64,000 bases of DNA from the human T2T-CHM13v2.0 reference genome, Homo sapiens: assembly GCF_009914755.1 (NCBI RefSeq), contig NC_060944.1. One strand, written 5' to 3'. Below the pieces are notes generated by a model. That model was not told the DNA's origin. It ran no database searches and saw only the letters and a list, made by a program, of their open reading frames with translations. Below, piece after piece: positions 63,401 through 64,000 of the stretch. The number at the start of each line of letters is the position of its first letter. Within the stretch, counting starts at the first letter, position 1. The position numbers and the translations under genes are program-made.

Positions 63401-64000
63401 TACGGGAAGATATTTCCTTTTTCAACATAGGCCTGAAACCGCTTCAAATGTCCACTTCCAGATACTGCAAAGAGAGTGTTTCAAACCTTCTCGACGAAAG
63501 GGCATGTTCTCCTCTGTGACGTCAATGCAAACATCACAAAGAAGTTTCTGAGAATGCTTCTGTCTGGATTTTATCTGAAGACAATCCCGTTTCCAACGAA
63601 ATCCTCAAAGATATGCAAATATGCTCCTGCAGATTCTACAAAAAGAGTGTTTCAAAACTGCTCTATGAAAAGAAAGGTACGACCCTGTTAGTATAGGGCA
63701 CACATCACAAACAAGTTGCCGAGAATGATTCTGTCTGGTTTTTATGGGAAGATATTTCCTTTTCCAACACTAGCCTGAATGCGCTCCAAATGGCCACTTC
63801 CAGATACGACAAAAGGCGTGTTTCAAACCTGTTCTATGAAAGGGAACGTTCCTTTCTGTGACTTGAATGCAAACATCACCAAGTAGTTTCTCAGAACGCT
63901 GCTGTCTGCTTTTAATATGTATTCCCGTTTCCAACGAAATCGTCAAAGCCAGCCAAATATCCACTTGCAGGTTCCACAGAAAGAGTGTTTCAAAACTGCT

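Larger units (their letters stand above)
1..64000 (-). repeat. Alpha-satellite higher-order repeat array, SF2 (D1/D2 dimeric) type, 1360-bp 8-mer HOR, ~47 copies
   Basis: Seen: ~170-bp periodic motifs (aagagtgtttcaaa, acatcacaaagaagtttctgagaatgcttctgtct). The same HOR landmark recurs at 235, 1595, 2955, 4314, 5674 ... 63476 (48 occurrences, spacing 1359-1360 apart from one of 1367 and one of 688). Known: the reverse complement gives CATTCTCAGAAACTTCTTTGTGATGTGTGTCCTCAACT, GGATTTCGTTGGAAACGGGA and CATTCAAGTCACAG, typical of SF2 D1/D2 monomers. Confidence 0.98.

Noticed and set aside
235-63964. Hundreds of 60-155 aa ORFs (MFQTFSTKGH..., MDIWLALTIS..., MFPTCSMKAN... and others)
   Set aside because: They recur with the 1360-bp period in overlapping frames on both strands, mostly start at GTG/TTG, and are freely broken by stops and frameshifts. 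They are satellite translations, not genes.
1-64000. CRISPR-like repeat/spacer appearance of conserved motifs such as aagagtgtttcaaaac
   Set aside because: The intervening sequences are homologous monomer parts repeated every HOR, not unique spacers. There are no cas genes and the DNA is primate satellite.
1-64000. Possible hidden insertion (L1/Alu, viral or unique DNA) or inversion
   Set aside because: All HOR landmark spacings are 1359-1360 except 1367 and 688, both explained. That leaves no room for inserted DNA, and the orientation never flips.

Overview
The whole 64 kb is one uninterrupted primate (probably human) centromeric alpha-satellite array. It holds about 376 monomers of ~170 bp in one orientation (conventional consensus on the minus strand), organised as ~47 copies of a 1360-bp 8-monomer higher-order repeat (HOR). 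CENP-B-box (B-type) and pJalpha-box (A-type) monomers alternate. The sequence matches the dimeric suprachromosomal family 2 (SF2, D1/D2); from memory it most resembles the chromosome 20 D20Z2/S2C20 family, which I could not verify. I see no gene, RNA gene, transposon insertion, inversion or CRISPR array, and all listed ORFs are by-products of the repeat. I cannot support a new protein-coding system. The notable structure is in the variants. (1) There are four haplotype layers (about 1-22.4, 22.5-34.4, 34.4-41.3 and 41.3-64 kb). (2) A single in-register 680-bp deletion at ~34.4 kb makes a 4-mer HOR and coincides with the main haplotype switch. (3) An 8-bp insertion is copied by a 2726-bp duplication. 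(4) A patch beside the junction is depleted of intact CENP-B boxes. (5) A locally amplified CGCG CENP-B-box variant occupies the left layer. (6) There are nascent 16-mer and 24-mer super-periods. (7) One patch is rich in C:G>A:T changes. (8) A perfect TGACGTCA (CRE) palindrome occurs once per HOR. All comparisons were made by eye and need alignment to confirm.
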